Positions 31,803-41,239 of a stretch of DNA of 64,000 nt are shown piece by piece (positions within the stretch are counted from its first letter, which is position 1; every line of letters starts with the position of its first letter). The stretch comes from Verrucomicrobiota bacterium (GTDB lineage Bacteria > Verrucomicrobiota > Verrucomicrobiia > Limisphaerales > AAA164-E04): NCBI GenBank assembly GCA_047947115.1, contig CP170459.1, positions 4,128,001 through 4,192,000 on the forward strand, read 5' to 3'. The position numbers and the translations under genes were made by a program. Under the pieces are notes generated by a model. That model saw only the letters and a list, made by a program, of their open reading frames with translations, made no database searches and was not told where the DNA came from.

Positions 31803-33541
31803 GATGCAGCCTCCTCTCCGTGTGATGCGGCCAACGATCCCGGGGGTATTTCCTTGACTCCGTTGGTCTGAAGGCGGAACACCCGGGAACAATGTTGAAG
31901 CAGATCCCTATCCCTCGTGGCAATGAGAATGGTACACTGTTTGTCCTTTGCAAAGACGGTTTGAAAGAGGGTGCGAGAAGCCTGTGGATCCATTCCGTCC
32001 AAAATTTTATCCACCAGAATCAATTCCGGTCGTGCCAGGAAAGCCCGCGCCATGCAAAGTTTGACTCGCTCTGAATCTGATAATGGGTGTCCCCCGGGGC
32101 GAAGGGAGGAATTTAGTCCATCTTTCATTCGGCGTATTCGTTCGAGTAAACCGACGGAATTCAAGGCTTCGTTGACGTCACTCAGCGGTATGGATGGGTC
32201 ATTCAGTGCAAGGTTCTCCAGAATGGATCCTTCGAACAGCTCAACACCACGTATGAAGACCACCTTGGATCTCAGTTCGTGGATGTTGGTGTGCCTGATA
32301 TCCTGACCGTTCAGGAACACCATCCCCTCTCCTACCGGTCGCAACCCAAAAAGCAATTCCAACAGAGTTCCCGTACCTGCTCCGACCGGCCCGGTAATCC
32401 CGACAATTTCGCCATTTCCAATTTCCAGCTTCACCCCTTTGAACAATGGAGGAGCCTGTCCGAAGGAAAATCCGAGGTTTTCGAGTTTCAAATGCACCCC
32501 GTTACCAGTATGGATGAATGTCTCCCCACTTTCCTCTTCAATTTCCATGTCCACGAGACTTCCCAGTTTGTCCGTTGCGGCCAAGGCATCGTACCAGGCT
32601 TCGATGTGCTTACCGAAATTGACCACGGCCGCAACAATGGCACTGACAATCAGCTCACTTGCCACCAATTGCCCGAGCGTCAGTTCACCGCGCAAGACAA
32701 GCCATCCTCCAATGGCCAGGAGACCGGCACTTGCCAGGGCCTGGATGCTCAACAACCCTATCAGTTGCCGCAAAAGAATGCGATAATGGCGTTTGCGGCA
32801 GGTCAAATAGTCATCCACCAGTTTGTCTGCCATGTGTGTGGAATATTTCTTGGCCTGTTGCCATTTGAACAGGAGTGGAAACATGACAATTTGCTCAAAC
32901 CAACCGGCAACGGCGTGTTTGGCATACGATTCCTGGATACTTGTCCTGACTCCAAATCTTCCCAACCCAAAGAAAACGATCATCAAAGCCATCACCAAAA
33001 TAAAGTCAAATGCCAGCAGAAAAGGATGGTAAAATCCCAATACCACTAATCCGATCAGGGCGCTCAACAGCACATTGACAGCGTCCAGCAGGATCAGGGC
33101 GCTGCTTTTCTGCAGGGTGGTCACGTCCAGAAAACGGTTGATCAACTCTACAGACTTGGCTTTCTGCAATGCCGCCAGCTTCAGTCGAGGCAAACGATAA
33201 GCGAGATCTGCAGACACACGTCCGAATATTCGCTGTTGGATCAATTCCGCCACTGCATGTTGAGCAGCACTAATCATGGACAACAAAGCAAGAAATACCA
33301 GCAGAGCGACACTAAAAATCAACAAGGTCTGCACATAAACCTGCTGCTGCCCTCCAAAAGCAATGTTCTGAACAACAGCATCCACCGCGAGCGGGGTTGC
33401 CAGATAGAGCATCCCCGTGATCACTGAAAAAAAACAAATGATCCCTATATCAATCCGTTCCGGCTTCAGCAGAGCGAACAGACGGTGGTGGGGCGCGGGA
33501 TGATGCCCCTGGTGATGGTCGTGTTGGTTTGAATCATTCAT
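31799..33541 (-). CDS. T1SS-type ABC transporter (TMD + degenerate NBD) with a His-rich N-terminus
   Basis: TMD with GELTLGQLVASELIV; Walker A GPVGAGTGT, signature LSDSERVKL, Walker B LILVDK; alternative start at 33562. Confidence 0.85.
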   Translation of the reverse strand: MNDSNQHDHHQGHHPAPHHRLFALLKPERIDIGIICFFSVITGMLYLATPLAVDAVVQNIAFGGQQQVYVQTLLIFSVALLVFLALLSMISAAQHAVAELIQQRIFGRVSADLAYRLPRLKLAALQKAKSVELINRFLDVTTLQKSSALILLDAVNVLLSALIGLVVLGFYHPFLLAFDFILVMALMIVFFGLGRFGVRTSIQESYAKHAVAGWFEQIVMFPLLFKWQQAKKYSTHMADKLVDDYLTCRKRHYRILLRQLIGLLSIQALASAGLLAIGGWLVLRGELTLGQLVASELIVSAIVAAVVNFGKHIEAWYDALAATDKLGSLVDMEIEEESGETFIHTGNGVHLKLENLGFSFGQAPPLFKGVKLEIGNGEIVGITGPVGAGTGTLLELLFGLRPVGEGMVFLNGQDIRHTNIHELRSKVVFIRGVELFEGSILENLALNDPSIPLSDVNEALNSVGLLERIRRMKDGLNSSLRPGGHPLSDSERVKLCMARAFLARPELILVDKILDGMDPQASRTLFQTVFAKDKQCTILIATRDRDLLQHCSRVFRLQTNGVKEIPPGSLAASHGEEAAS

Positions 33542-33628
33542 TTGTTTAATAAGGGCATGCAATCCAGAGTGGATCTAGTAAAAGCCGGCTCAAGATTGAC
33601 CATGGAGGCAAGTGGCGCAAGTTGTTTC

Positions 33629-33644
33629 ACGAATAATTTTTCGC
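33629..33644. promoter_or_regulatory. Candidate operator ACGAA-TAATTT-TTCGC upstream of the ABC-HlyD-TolC operon
   Basis: Near-palindrome with the same geometry as 36490..36505. Confidence 0.6.
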
Positions 33645-33664
33645 ATTTATTTATCGTATGATGG

Positions 33665-36463
33665 TTAGCCGGTTGTTCGCTGTCCGCTGGCAATGGCGTT
33701 GACAATCACCAGAAGCTCCGAAAGTTGTTCCGGCTTTTGCTCGCGTCGCCAGTCTTGCAGCAATTTGATTTGTCGCTGATGCAACATTTTAAGGTCGTGA
33801 TCTCTCGCATGCAGGGTTTTGAAGAATCTGGGCCTGCGCCGGCTCAAAGGACCTTCAAAGGTTTCATCCAGGAGTTTGCGCGTTCGGGCGTGTTCACTCA
33901 GAATGACCATCATGCATTGGTCTCGAAGTGCTTGATCCGGCACCAATGAAGCATAGGTCTCCATGATGTCTGTATCGGCACTTTCCAAACTCGACTCAAC
34001 ATTGTAGATCAAATAACGGAGAAATGGAAGCTCTTGAACACCACGACGCAAAGTTTGGAGGAAATCTTCTTCCTTTAGGACAAGCTGCTCCAGTGCCGTC
34101 CCCACTCCGAACCAACCCGGCAGATAAAACCTGGCCTGATTCCAACTGAAAACCCAAGGGATGGCGCGCATGTCCTGAACCGTTCTCAGTCCGCTTCGGG
34201 CCGCAGGTCTTGACCCGATTCGACTGTTCTGAAGGACATCCACAGGGGTTGAATGTCGAAAAAATGTTTCGAAGCCGTCTGTGTGTATCAGTTTTTGATA
34301 AGCATCCCGACTGATTTGAGCCAGTGAATCCAACCTGTCTTCCCAAACTGCTGGAATGGAGGATCTTTCGTTATTAAGTCGCCCTGCATGTGTTCCGGCG
34401 AACCACAGTTCGAGGTTGTTTGATGCGGTCAACACGTTGCTGTATTTCTGAGCAATGGTTTCGCCTTGTTCTGTCAGACGCACACCTGGTTCCAAACTGC
34501 CCGGTGGCAGCGCTTCCAGAAAACGGTCTGTAGGACCCGCCCCACGACTAACCGTGCCACCTCGACCATGAAAAAACTGAAAAACAAGTCCAAGCTCCTT
34601 CCCTAAACGGATCAAATCCACTTGGGCTTTGCGCACATGCCACAAACTGGACAGTATCCCTCCATCCTTGTTGCTGTCACTGTAACCAAGCATGACGGGT
34701 TGAACCAAGGATCCTCCAGAGGTCATCGACCATTCATCAACTGAATCACCCGGTCGTGCTTCTTCATCAAATTCTTTTCGCCAAAGTGGCAGACTACATG
34801 TGGTCACTGGATGAGACAAAAATGAACTCATGATCCCCTGACTTTTCTGCAAGTCATCGAGAGTTTCGAATAGTGGCACGACTGGGAGAAGACAGGCCAA
34901 TCCCTTCTCCCCTTCCACCATCAATCCGGCTTCACGGCACAAGAGATAAACTATGAGCAAATCCGAAACGCTTCGCGTCATGCTGACAATGAGGTAGCCA
35001 ATCCCCCCTCTACCGTATCGCTTCATGTGGTCAGCCAGGCAACCCAATGCACCAATGGTTGCGGCGGCTTCCTCAGGCAGACGTGTCGAGGGCGAGCTGA
35101 AAGGTCGGAGAGTTTCCAGCTCTTCGGTCAAGAACGCAATCTTTTGGTGTTCGGTCATCGAAGAAAAGGAGGCAGCTTCCTCCATATTCGCAACTTCCAA
35201 CAATTGGATAAGGGCTTTCTCGTGGTAAGTTGAGTTTTGACGCACGTCCAGTCGGGCCATGTGGAATCCGTAAACATCGATCAACCGTCTCAATGGAGCG
35301 AGTTCGTTGATGATCAGTCGGTCTGCACGTACCGCCTTTAACGAGCTCTCCAAAATATCCAGATCAGCGATCAGCTGGCTTGGGTGCTGATAAAAAGCCT
35401 CTCTGCCTGTTGAACGCACCAATAGTTGGCGCAGGTGAAAAACAAACTCTTTCCAAGGTTCCTCCTCAAGTCTGATCCCAGGAGTCATGCCACCCATTTG
35501 AGCCTCTCTCAATTCCTTCAAACGCAGCATCATGGCGTCAGAAGGGCTTTGGCTCAACCTGGACAAGGGCAGTCGGGCCCCCAATTGATCCAACGCTTCT
35601 CCCACGACATCCAGGGCTCCTTCCCTGAGCACGCTGAGCGTTTCACGGGTTACTTCAGGCGTGACAAACGGATGTCCATCGCGATCACCTCCCACCCACA
35701 TGCCCAGCCGGAGTCCGGGCAGTGTATGATGGGATGCAAGCTTGTTCCGATCGAGACCATGTCGCCGTAATGTGTTCAGCAAGCGCCGGTCGTGCATTCT
35801 CAAGGCCTGGGGAAATTTCGTGCGCAAATAATACAGAATGTTGTTGCGCTCCGATGTCAAATCAGGTTTTGAGAGGGGTATCTCTCCTGTCCTCCAAAGC
35901 CGCTCCAATACATCTTTGATGTCCTCCAGAATCACCTCACGTTCGGAATCGGTGAATATCTTGTTTTCAAGCTGAAACAACAGCAGATACAGCTCTCTGT
36001 GCTGATCCAAAATACTGGCTTTTTTGGACTCGGTAGGATGTGCAGTGAAGACAATGTCCACCTTTGCCCGGGATAGGCTTGTCACAAGGGATTCCGGTGT
36101 GCGGCATGCTTCGGGCAGTCGCTTGATGGAGTGGGCCCAGGAACCGGAAACCACCTCTTCCCCCCCTGCAGACTGGCGTCGTCGATTCATCTGGTTTGCG
36201 GCATTTTCTTCCACCAGATTGAGGATTTGAAACAGAATGGACAGCAACTGCACAGATTCCTGGTCGGTCACAAGATCCCCCTTATGGCCGTCATGCAACT
36301 TGGTTAACGGACACAGACGTTCCAACCCCATGTCGTTGAGCACTTCATCCAGACATTTTCGCAACAACCGTTCATCACGCTCAATTTTGTCAAATCCCTC
36401 TGACAGCCAGGCATCCATTTGCCCGGCTGATTCCTTCGTTGCAGCTGCGTCTGATTGTTTCAT
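33665..36463 (-). CDS. ppc: Phosphoenolpyruvate carboxylase
   Basis: VFTAHPTE, GGDRDG.P, VPLFET, MLGYSDSNKDGG, FHGRGG, TEQGE, IGSRP, RAIPWVFSW, C-terminal RTTG. Confidence 0.95.
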   Translation of the reverse strand: MKQSDAAATKESAGQMDAWLSEGFDKIERDERLLRKCLDEVLNDMGLERLCPLTKLHDGHKGDLVTDQESVQLLSILFQILNLVEENAANQMNRRRQSAGGEEVVSGSWAHSIKRLPEACRTPESLVTSLSRAKVDIVFTAHPTESKKASILDQHRELYLLLFQLENKIFTDSEREVILEDIKDVLERLWRTGEIPLSKPDLTSERNNILYYLRTKFPQALRMHDRRLLNTLRRHGLDRNKLASHHTLPGLRLGMWVGGDRDGHPFVTPEVTRETLSVLREGALDVVGEALDQLGARLPLSRLSQSPSDAMMLRLKELREAQMGGMTPGIRLEEEPWKEFVFHLRQLLVRSTGREAFYQHPSQLIADLDILESSLKAVRADRLIINELAPLRRLIDVYGFHMARLDVRQNSTYHEKALIQLLEVANMEEAASFSSMTEHQKIAFLTEELETLRPFSSPSTRLPEEAAATIGALGCLADHMKRYGRGGIGYLIVSMTRSVSDLLIVYLLCREAGLMVEGEKGLACLLPVVPLFETLDDLQKSQGIMSSFLSHPVTTCSLPLWRKEFDEEARPGDSVDEWSMTSGGSLVQPVMLGYSDSNKDGGILSSLWHVRKAQVDLIRLGKELGLVFQFFHGRGGTVSRGAGPTDRFLEALPPGSLEPGVRLTEQGETIAQKYSNVLTASNNLELWFAGTHAGRLNNERSSIPAVWEDRLDSLAQISRDAYQKLIHTDGFETFFRHSTPVDVLQNSRIGSRPAARSGLRTVQDMRAIPWVFSWNQARFYLPGWFGVGTALEQLVLKEEDFLQTLRRGVQELPFLRYLIYNVESSLESADTDIMETYASLVPDQALRDQCMMVILSEHARTRKLLDETFEGPLSRRRPRFFKTLHARDHDLKMLHQRQIKLLQDWRREQKPEQLSELLVIVNAIASGQRTTG

Positions 36464-36489
36464 GTTTTTTTATTCCTAATTTCGTTTTG

Positions 36490-36505
36490 ACGAATTATTA
36501 TTCGT
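36490..36505. promoter_or_regulatory. Candidate operator ACGAA-TTATTA-TTCGT between divergent ppc and the wHTH regulator
   Basis: Inverted repeat ACGAAT/ATTCGT in a 63-bp divergent intergenic gap. Confidence 0.7.
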
Positions 36506-36526
36506 AAATTAGTATTCCATCACGCT

Positions 36527-36841
36527 ATGTCAACTCCTGTTAAAACAAATCGTTCAAAGGCGACTCAAAACTCTGGGACTTGGACCTTTTTGACTAATCA
36601 TTCGCATGTTTTGATTTGCCTCACCCGCAATCCGGACATGGTGCTCCGCGAAGTGGCTTATGAAGTCGGCATCACTGAACGAGCCGTGCAACGTATTGTG
36701 CAGGAACTGGAAGAGGCTGGTGCTATCCAGCGAATCAAATGTGGACGTCAGAACCACTATCGCATCAATCGAAAGTGCAAACTCCGCCATGATATAGAAA
36801 ACCATCGAACTTTGGGGGAACTCTTGGACACCATTGATTGA
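36527..36841 (+). CDS. Small winged-helix regulator (WTFLTNH family, MarR/AsnC-like)
   Basis: [43 protein letters not shown]. Confidence 0.9.
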   Translation: MSTPVKTNRSKATQNSGTWTFLTNHSHVLICLTRNPDMVLREVAYEVGITERAVQRIVQELEEAGAIQRIKCGRQNHYRINRKCKLRHDIENHRTLGELLDTID

Positions 36842-37039
36842 GTGACTCTTGCACCAACCTTCATGACACACCATATCGGAATCTATGACACGAACTCTAT
36901 TCGAAAAGCAGGTCCGCGACAAAATGCATGGATGATTTGATCCCTCCCAACACGTCAAATTTCCAATCAGCTTGGAGGATGATAAAGTATCAAATCCCAA
37001 TGATTCGCTTCCCCCTTCATATCCGCTTGCTGGCTACGG

Positions 37040-38938
37040 TTAAGGAAGAGAGGGACCCAAAATTAAATTTGGAAGGAAGGTTGTCAGGAATGGAATATAG
37101 GTGATCAGCATTACGCTGATGGCAAGCACCAGCAGCATGGGTAAGGCAGATTTGGCAACTTCCATCACCGGGCGGTCGAATCGGTAGGCTGATAAAAAGA
37201 GATTCAATCCGACCGGTGGAGTCAGGTAACCCAGTTCGAGATTGGCCAGAAAAATGATACCCAAGTGAATCGGATCAATGCCAAATTCCACGCCTAAAGG
37301 CAACAAAAGTGGCACCACAACAACGATGGCGGAATAAATATCCATCAAACACCCCACCATCAACAAAAACACATTCAAGGCCAGCAGGAACAGCAACTTG
37401 GATTCAATATTGGCCGTGGCCCATTCGATGGCCATGTCGGGAATCATGGCAAATACCAGAAAATCTTTGGTAAAACTCATGGCTACCCCAAGAATCAAAA
37501 GTACTCCCCCAACCAGAAGACCACACTCTGTCATCACCCTTGGCAGATCTTTCCATGGATGTATCTCACGATGCACAACCACTTCTACGAACAATGCGTA
37601 AAGAGCCGTGAGGGCAGCAGCAGCGACCGGTGTACTGAAAACGCCACTGAAGAGGGCAGTCAGGGCGACGACGGGAATCATCAACTCCCATTTGGCTTCC
37701 CATAGGGCGATTCGAGCTTCCTTCCACTCAAATCGTTGTCCAGCTACGGCTTCCTTGGATACCAAGCGTCGACTGTAAAGCGTCATCAAAACAACCATCA
37801 ACAGTCCGGGAATCAAACCGCCCAAAAACATATGTTCAAGTCGCAGTCCGGTCGGAACATTGGCATTGGCGACGATGAAATAAAGGATAATGGGAAGCGA
37901 AGGAGGAAAAAGGATGCCCAGCGCCCCTGCTCCGGTGATCAAACCCAGTGAAGGTCGATCACCATATTTCGCAGAAGTCAAAACCGGCATTAACAAAGGT
38001 CCAAGTGCCAGAATGGTCACACCGGACCCCCCGGTAAATGCCGTAAAGAAAGCACAGACCATGACGGTAACGATAGCGGGACCGGCACGGAACTGCCCGA
38101 CAAAGGCCTGAAACACCCTCACAAGACGTTTGGACGCCTGACTTTCCGCCATAAAATATCCTGCCAGCGTGAACAAGGGGATGGTGGGGATCAGGGCTTC
38201 GGTAGACATGGAGTAGTGGCTCGTCGCCACGCCGGAAATCGGAAAATCTTCCAACCAAAGGTAGATCAGTGTCGCGCCTCCCAAAGCAGTATATAGAGGA
38301 GCACCCAATAGTGTTGCAGCCACAAGGATGCCGACGGAAGGCCAGAGCATTTTTTCCAGAGGAATCCAGCCCTTCCAGAGAACCCACCCCATGCAAACAG
38401 CAAGGATACAGGTGATGACTTTCACCCACCATTGCTTCCCGGAACCCCAGACCAGCCTGACAGCAATCAGTCCGAAACCAAAAGGCAGGACCGTTTGAAT
38501 CCACCACCGGGCCACGCCATAGGCAATCTCATTTCCGGCCCCCTTTTCGTCTTGAAGAAAAAGCCAGCCCGCATAGGCCAGCACACCTGTAATGACCGTT
38601 GCCCAACTGTTCGCAAAGATGTCCGCAGCCGCCTTCCAGGGCCCCTTGAGGAATTGTGCGATGGTTGAAATCGCCAACAAACGCTGATCACGAGCAGCGA
38701 TCGCACCACCGATCATGCCGATGATCAGTGAGAAGTGCATTACAAATTCCGCTTCACCCTCAATGCCCGTATTGAAAAAACCCCGCAAGACTCTTTCAAA
38801 CAAGGGTAGAAGAATCAGTGCAAACAGACAAACCACCAGCAAGCCATTTTCAACACCGTGGATACAACGCAACCAAACCGGAGTCTTTTCGATTGCGGAT
38901 GAACTGTTCGAATGATCTGAATGAATGGAGCCTGCCAT
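37040..38938 (-). CDS. TRAP transporter fused small/large permease (DctQ-DctM)
   Basis: Many TM segments; TIPLF.LAG, AFTGGSG, GILFPPS, ELGYLTPPVGLNLF. Confidence 0.9.
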   Translation of the reverse strand: MAGSIHSDHSNSSSAIEKTPVWLRCIHGVENGLLVVCLFALILLPLFERVLRGFFNTGIEGEAEFVMHFSLIIGMIGGAIAARDQRLLAISTIAQFLKGPWKAAADIFANSWATVITGVLAYAGWLFLQDEKGAGNEIAYGVARWWIQTVLPFGFGLIAVRLVWGSGKQWWVKVITCILAVCMGWVLWKGWIPLEKMLWPSVGILVAATLLGAPLYTALGGATLIYLWLEDFPISGVATSHYSMSTEALIPTIPLFTLAGYFMAESQASKRLVRVFQAFVGQFRAGPAIVTVMVCAFFTAFTGGSGVTILALGPLLMPVLTSAKYGDRPSLGLITGAGALGILFPPSLPIILYFIVANANVPTGLRLEHMFLGGLIPGLLMVVLMTLYSRRLVSKEAVAGQRFEWKEARIALWEAKWELMIPVVALTALFSGVFSTPVAAAALTALYALFVEVVVHREIHPWKDLPRVMTECGLLVGGVLLILGVAMSFTKDFLVFAMIPDMAIEWATANIESKLLFLLALNVFLLMVGCLMDIYSAIVVVVPLLLPLGVEFGIDPIHLGIIFLANLELGYLTPPVGLNLFLSAYRFDRPVMEVAKSALPMLLVLAISVMLITYIPFLTTFLPNLILGPSLP

Positions 38939-39041
38939 TGAATTATATTGGGGGCTTGTTGTTACGTAAACACACGCGGAAGCCGTCGGTCATCAGGGAT
39001 GTTGCCCGGATTTGGGCTAGTGCAGCCAATAGAAGGTTTCC

Positions 39042-40064
39042 CTATTCCTTACGGTATGCTTTAAGCAATGCCTGGACTTTTTCAAACACGGCTTCATCCA
39101 CCATCAGCCCACGAATTTCGGGATATGCTTTGGCAGTTTCGACACGCCACTCCTCCAGTTCCTCAGGGGTGGGCTCAATGACGGTCAGGCCACGCTTTTT
39201 CATGGCTGCAATAGACTCTTCAGCTTCGCGTAAACCATCCTCCTGGATTGCTTTGGCAGCCTTTTCGGCTGCGGATCTGAGATGGGCTTGCTGAGGTTTG
39301 CTGAGATTATCCCAAGTGCTTTTATTGATCACCAGGCCGCCCACCAGCGCACCCCAGTTGATTTTCAACATATAAGGGGCTCGTGTGTCGACCTGACTGA
39401 AATTGGCCGCCATCGGCGGCATGACCACCGAGGTAATCATGCCGGTCTGCAAGCCTGGGACGATATCTTTTGTTTCCAGAGGCACCGGATGAAACCCGTT
39501 ATTCTGAAGCACCTTCACCACTTCCGGATTCCCTGCCCAGGAAAATATCTTCGTCTTGCGGACATCATTGATGGTGTGAATGGGTTCTTTGGAGAAGAAA
39601 TGTACCCAACCCGCATGTGTCCACCCCAAAACGACAAACCCCTTTTTCTCCATCAAGTCGGCCAGTTCGCTTCCAAGTGCCTCGGAGACATGTTCCACCT
39701 CCTCAAGAGAGCGAAACATCAATGGCACGTCCTGCAGTCCGCTGACTTTGGGTTCGATTTCAGACAATCCCACTGTGGTCATCAGCCCCACCTGCAATTG
39801 CCCTGAACGCATCCTGCGAACCATCTCTGCTTCACCGCCCAAACGGCCATCCGGATAAATACTGAGAGCAACACCACCGCCTGGAGCGTTTTTCCAGGCT
39901 GTTTCCATTTCTTTGAGGTGATTGTAATAGGAAGACCCCTTGGGAACCAAGGTGCCCAAGCGCAATCGCTGAGCTCCCTGCAAGTCGGAAATATTGCCCA
40001 AAAGCAATCCAACTGCGGCCAATAAGTATCCGAGCGATTTCATGGAAACGAAAGATTTTGTCAT
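39042..40064 (-). CDS. TRAP substrate-binding protein DctP (TatP-like)
   Basis: LGTLVPKGS, YPDGRLGGEAEMVRRMRSGQL, GLQTGMI; start at 40064 or 40043. Confidence 0.88.
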   Translation of the reverse strand: MTKSFVSMKSLGYLLAAVGLLLGNISDLQGAQRLRLGTLVPKGSSYYNHLKEMETAWKNAPGGGVALSIYPDGRLGGEAEMVRRMRSGQLQVGLMTTVGLSEIEPKVSGLQDVPLMFRSLEEVEHVSEALGSELADLMEKKGFVVLGWTHAGWVHFFSKEPIHTINDVRKTKIFSWAGNPEVVKVLQNNGFHPVPLETKDIVPGLQTGMITSVVMPPMAANFSQVDTRAPYMLKINWGALVGGLVINKSTWDNLSKPQQAHLRSAAEKAAKAIQEDGLREAEESIAAMKKRGLTVIEPTPEELEEWRVETAKAYPEIRGLMVDEAVFEKVQALLKAYRKE

Positions 40065-40125
40065 GTGTAATATCAAGTTTAACGATTTTAACGCATTGCG
40101 GTTTGTCCGAATGACAGCATTTGAA

Positions 40126-41070
40126 TCATTCAATATCATCCAGCGGTGGCAATATCAGATCATCCTGATGCTCCAGCAGCCATCGAGCCCTGCGTTGCAT
40201 CAGTATATTGACCAATCGGTACTGTAAATATTCATCCGGATCAATCATCAATGCCTGGTGAAGCAATAATTCAAATAATTCGGCATCCTGATCCTGCACG
40301 GCAACTGATTCCGCCAAAGCCACATACGGCGACACCTGTTCCCCTTTGGAATACTCGATGGCTTTATCAAAATGAAATTTGGCAGCTTCTACCGGATCGA
40401 CATTGCTGGTCTGCCGTGCCATGGAATAGGTGATCATGAAACTGTGAATCGCCCCGTGTTCCCAAGTTGGATCCAGTTCCAGCGCCCTGTCCATCAACGC
40501 TTCCAACTGCGGAATCTCAGCGATCAGGTGAGGGTCTTCCTTGGACAAATTGACAGCTCCAGCCCACGCCGCGGCGGTCCAGTAAATCTGAGGTACTTCT
40601 GCTTTTACCAGATCTCCCACAGCCTGCATCGGGTCGGAGGCAAGGCGATCAGCAAATCCTGAATGATTTAATTCCAAAGCTTTCAATCCATAATTTCTGG
40701 AGCGCAAAAACAAATTTGCCGCACGTTCTCTCAACGCCTGGGCTGCTTCAAAATCCTCCTCCTCCAATCGATCTGCATCCATCTGCAGAAAGGCATAGGC
40801 ATATTGTGCATACGCGCTGCTCGTTGCCAACAGCAAGGGCTGATGATCCGGAATTTCGGCCAACAGACTTTCCATCAGTTTGAGTGAAAAAGGCAGTGCT
40901 TCACGAATGAGTTCAGGATCGTTTTCGGAGGAAAAAGTTGTTCCGGTTCCGGCAAAAGCATTGCCCACCTGGCGAATAGCCATTTTTTTCACCGAACATC
41001 CACCGCAACATGCCACCAGGCATGCCAAGCAAAGGATGTGGATTACCTTTATTCTACTGAAAAAATTCAT
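40126..41070 (-). CDS. TRAP transporter TatT component (TPR-like lipoprotein of TPAT systems)
   Basis: Lipobox-like GGC-S, ENDPELIREALPFSLKLMESLL, YAQYAYAF, RALELD; ATG at 41070 lies downstream of the ppdK terminator. Confidence 0.82.
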   Translation of the reverse strand: MNFFSRIKVIHILCLACLVACCGGCSVKKMAIRQVGNAFAGTGTTFSSENDPELIREALPFSLKLMESLLAEIPDHQPLLLATSSAYAQYAYAFLQMDADRLEEEDFEAAQALRERAANLFLRSRNYGLKALELNHSGFADRLASDPMQAVGDLVKAEVPQIYWTAAAWAGAVNLSKEDPHLIAEIPQLEALMDRALELDPTWEHGAIHSFMITYSMARQTSNVDPVEAAKFHFDKAIEYSKGEQVSPYVALAESVAVQDQDAELFELLLHQALMIDPDEYLQYRLVNILMQRRARWLLEHQDDLILPPLDDIE

Positions 41071-41171
41071 ATCTACTTTTGCAAGGTGGAACGATCGAGC
41101 TGGCTGGGGCAATTGTCGAGAAAATTGGGAGAAATCCTTCTCTCTTCCATTGTCCTCAAATGTTCCTATGG

Positions 41172-41211
41172 CAAACAAACACCGCCGAAGCGACAAACAC
41201 TTCGGCGGTGT
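41172..41211 (-). terminator. Intrinsic terminator downstream of ppdK
   Basis: ACACCGCCGAAG...CTTCGGCGGTGT 12-bp stem followed by TTGTTTG on the minus strand. Confidence 0.75.
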
Positions 41212-41239
41212 GTGAATCATTGCGTGTCAAGCCGACGGC

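Noticed and set aside
41071..41220. N-terminal extension of TatT in the ORF track
   Set aside because: It overlaps the ppdK terminator hairpin; the ATG at 41070 gives a proper lipoprotein signal.
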